From assembly GCA_016840405.1 (NCBI GenBank), contig JAEOSK010000033.1, positions 1 through 28,898 of the forward strand: DNA of 28,898 bases, written 5' to 3'. Positions 28,407-28,898 of the stretch are shown piece by piece (positions within the stretch are counted from its first letter, which is position 1; every line of letters starts with the position of its first letter). This DNA comes from Candidatus Hermodarchaeum yapensis. GTDB taxonomy: Archaea > Asgardarchaeota > Hermodarchaeia > Hermodarchaeales > Hermodarchaeaceae. A program made the translations under genes and the position numbers. Under the pieces are notes generated by a model, which saw nothing but the letters and a program-made list of their open reading frames with translations, did not search any database and had not been told where the DNA came from.

Positions 28407-28568
28407 GAAGACTGCGTTAGCCATAAGTGAACTACCCCGACCTGACGGTCGGTGTTTCCTGCTTCATACCATCGACTTATGCCGACTGGTCCACAGGCTC
28501 TACTCGCCGTTCCGGCGATGTTGCCCGGTCACCGGAGACCTTGGTTCTCAGTCCCCAACCGGGACCTC
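28407..28568 (-). ncRNA. IS200/IS605 right-end / TnpB omega-RNA (reRNA)-like scaffold plus putative 3' guide
   Basis: The minus strand reads ...CGCCGGAACGGCG...GCCTGTGGA-hairpin-ATGAAGCAGGAA-ACACCGACC(GTCA)GGTCGGGGT-AGTTCAC|TTATGGCTAACGCAGTCTTC. This is the recalled motif order of tnpB-element right ends. Confidence 0.75.
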
Positions 28569-28589
28569 AAAAGAGGAGTCTTATCGTGC

Positions 28590-28597
28590 TATTTAAA
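28590..28597 (-). promoter_or_regulatory. TATA box (TTTAAATA) for the minus-strand RNA
   Basis: Consensus archaeal TATA box about 25 nt upstream of the first stem of the RNA. Confidence 0.6.
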
Positions 28598-28750
28598 CGC
28601 CCCTAGGTTAATCCACATCTTCAAGAATCTGTGTATCTCGAGAAATTAAATAGAATAAGATGTGATGGTTTCATACGAAAAGGTATTTACCACAAATGAA
28701 GCTTGTAACTGTACCGGGGACCGGCTTATCTAGGTAGAGGCGCTGTCCAC

Positions 28751-28898
28751 ATGCTATCAGAAGAAGACTACTGGGCAAGATTAGCTCTTGAAGCAAAAAA
28801 CATGGAAACCGAGGAACCTTCCTTCCAACCTGTCCAAGGCGATTTACGACGCTGGCAGGGATTCATTTTGGGGACGGGTATCTACGACAAGGGTGTCT
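28751..28898 (+). CDS. Ubiquitin-conjugating enzyme E2 (UBC fold), 3'-truncated by the window edge; absent from the ORF track
   Basis: MLSEEDYWARLALEAKNMETEEPSFQPVQGDLRRWQGFILGTGIYDKGV matches the E2 N-terminus (RL..E...dl..W...I.G...Y..G.F). The catalytic Cys lies outside the window. Confidence 0.82.
   Translation, partial: MLSEEDYWARLALEAKNMETEEPSFQPVQGDLRRWQGFILGTGIYDKGV

Noticed and set aside
28407-28568. SRP RNA, RNase P RNA or tRNA as the identity of the GC-rich element
   Set aside because: It has no SRP helix-8 motif, no RNase P GAGGAAAGUCC and no cloverleaf. The IS605 right-end motifs fit better.
28402-28649. ORFs 28402..28596 and 28452..28649
   Set aside because: They have non-ATG starts, no recognisable protein features, and overlap the structured minus-strand RNA.

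Overview
This window is very likely from an Asgard archaeon. The left third is housekeeping and lipid genes (trxB, serS, aspS, DGGGP synthase, two HD hydrolases, a metallophosphoesterase), plus a gelsolin-domain gene and a roadblock gene. From about 11.9 kb to the end is a ubiquitin-ESCRT locus: two ESCRT-III genes, Vps4, Vps25, Vps22/36, Vps28, UEV-Vps23, a RING protein, ubiquitin and a truncated E2 that the ORF track missed. Three things stand out. (1) A stand-alone IS200/IS605 TnpB omega-RNA-like scaffold, with its own TATA box and a putative guide, lies on the minus strand between ubiquitin and E2, and no tnpB is visible. (2) A roughly 500-aa protein combining FYVE/B-box-like Zn fingers, a PH/GLUE-like domain and a steadiness box abuts the ESCRT-III genes and is a candidate extra ESCRT-I or ESCRT-0-like adaptor. 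(3) About 8 kb of accessory DNA separates ESCRT-III from vps4. It is punctuated by three copies of a sequence whose last copy lies directly upstream of vps4, and it carries beta-propeller surface proteins, two pseudogenes and a captured gene fragment. All assignments come from motif recognition by eye; no database searches were run.
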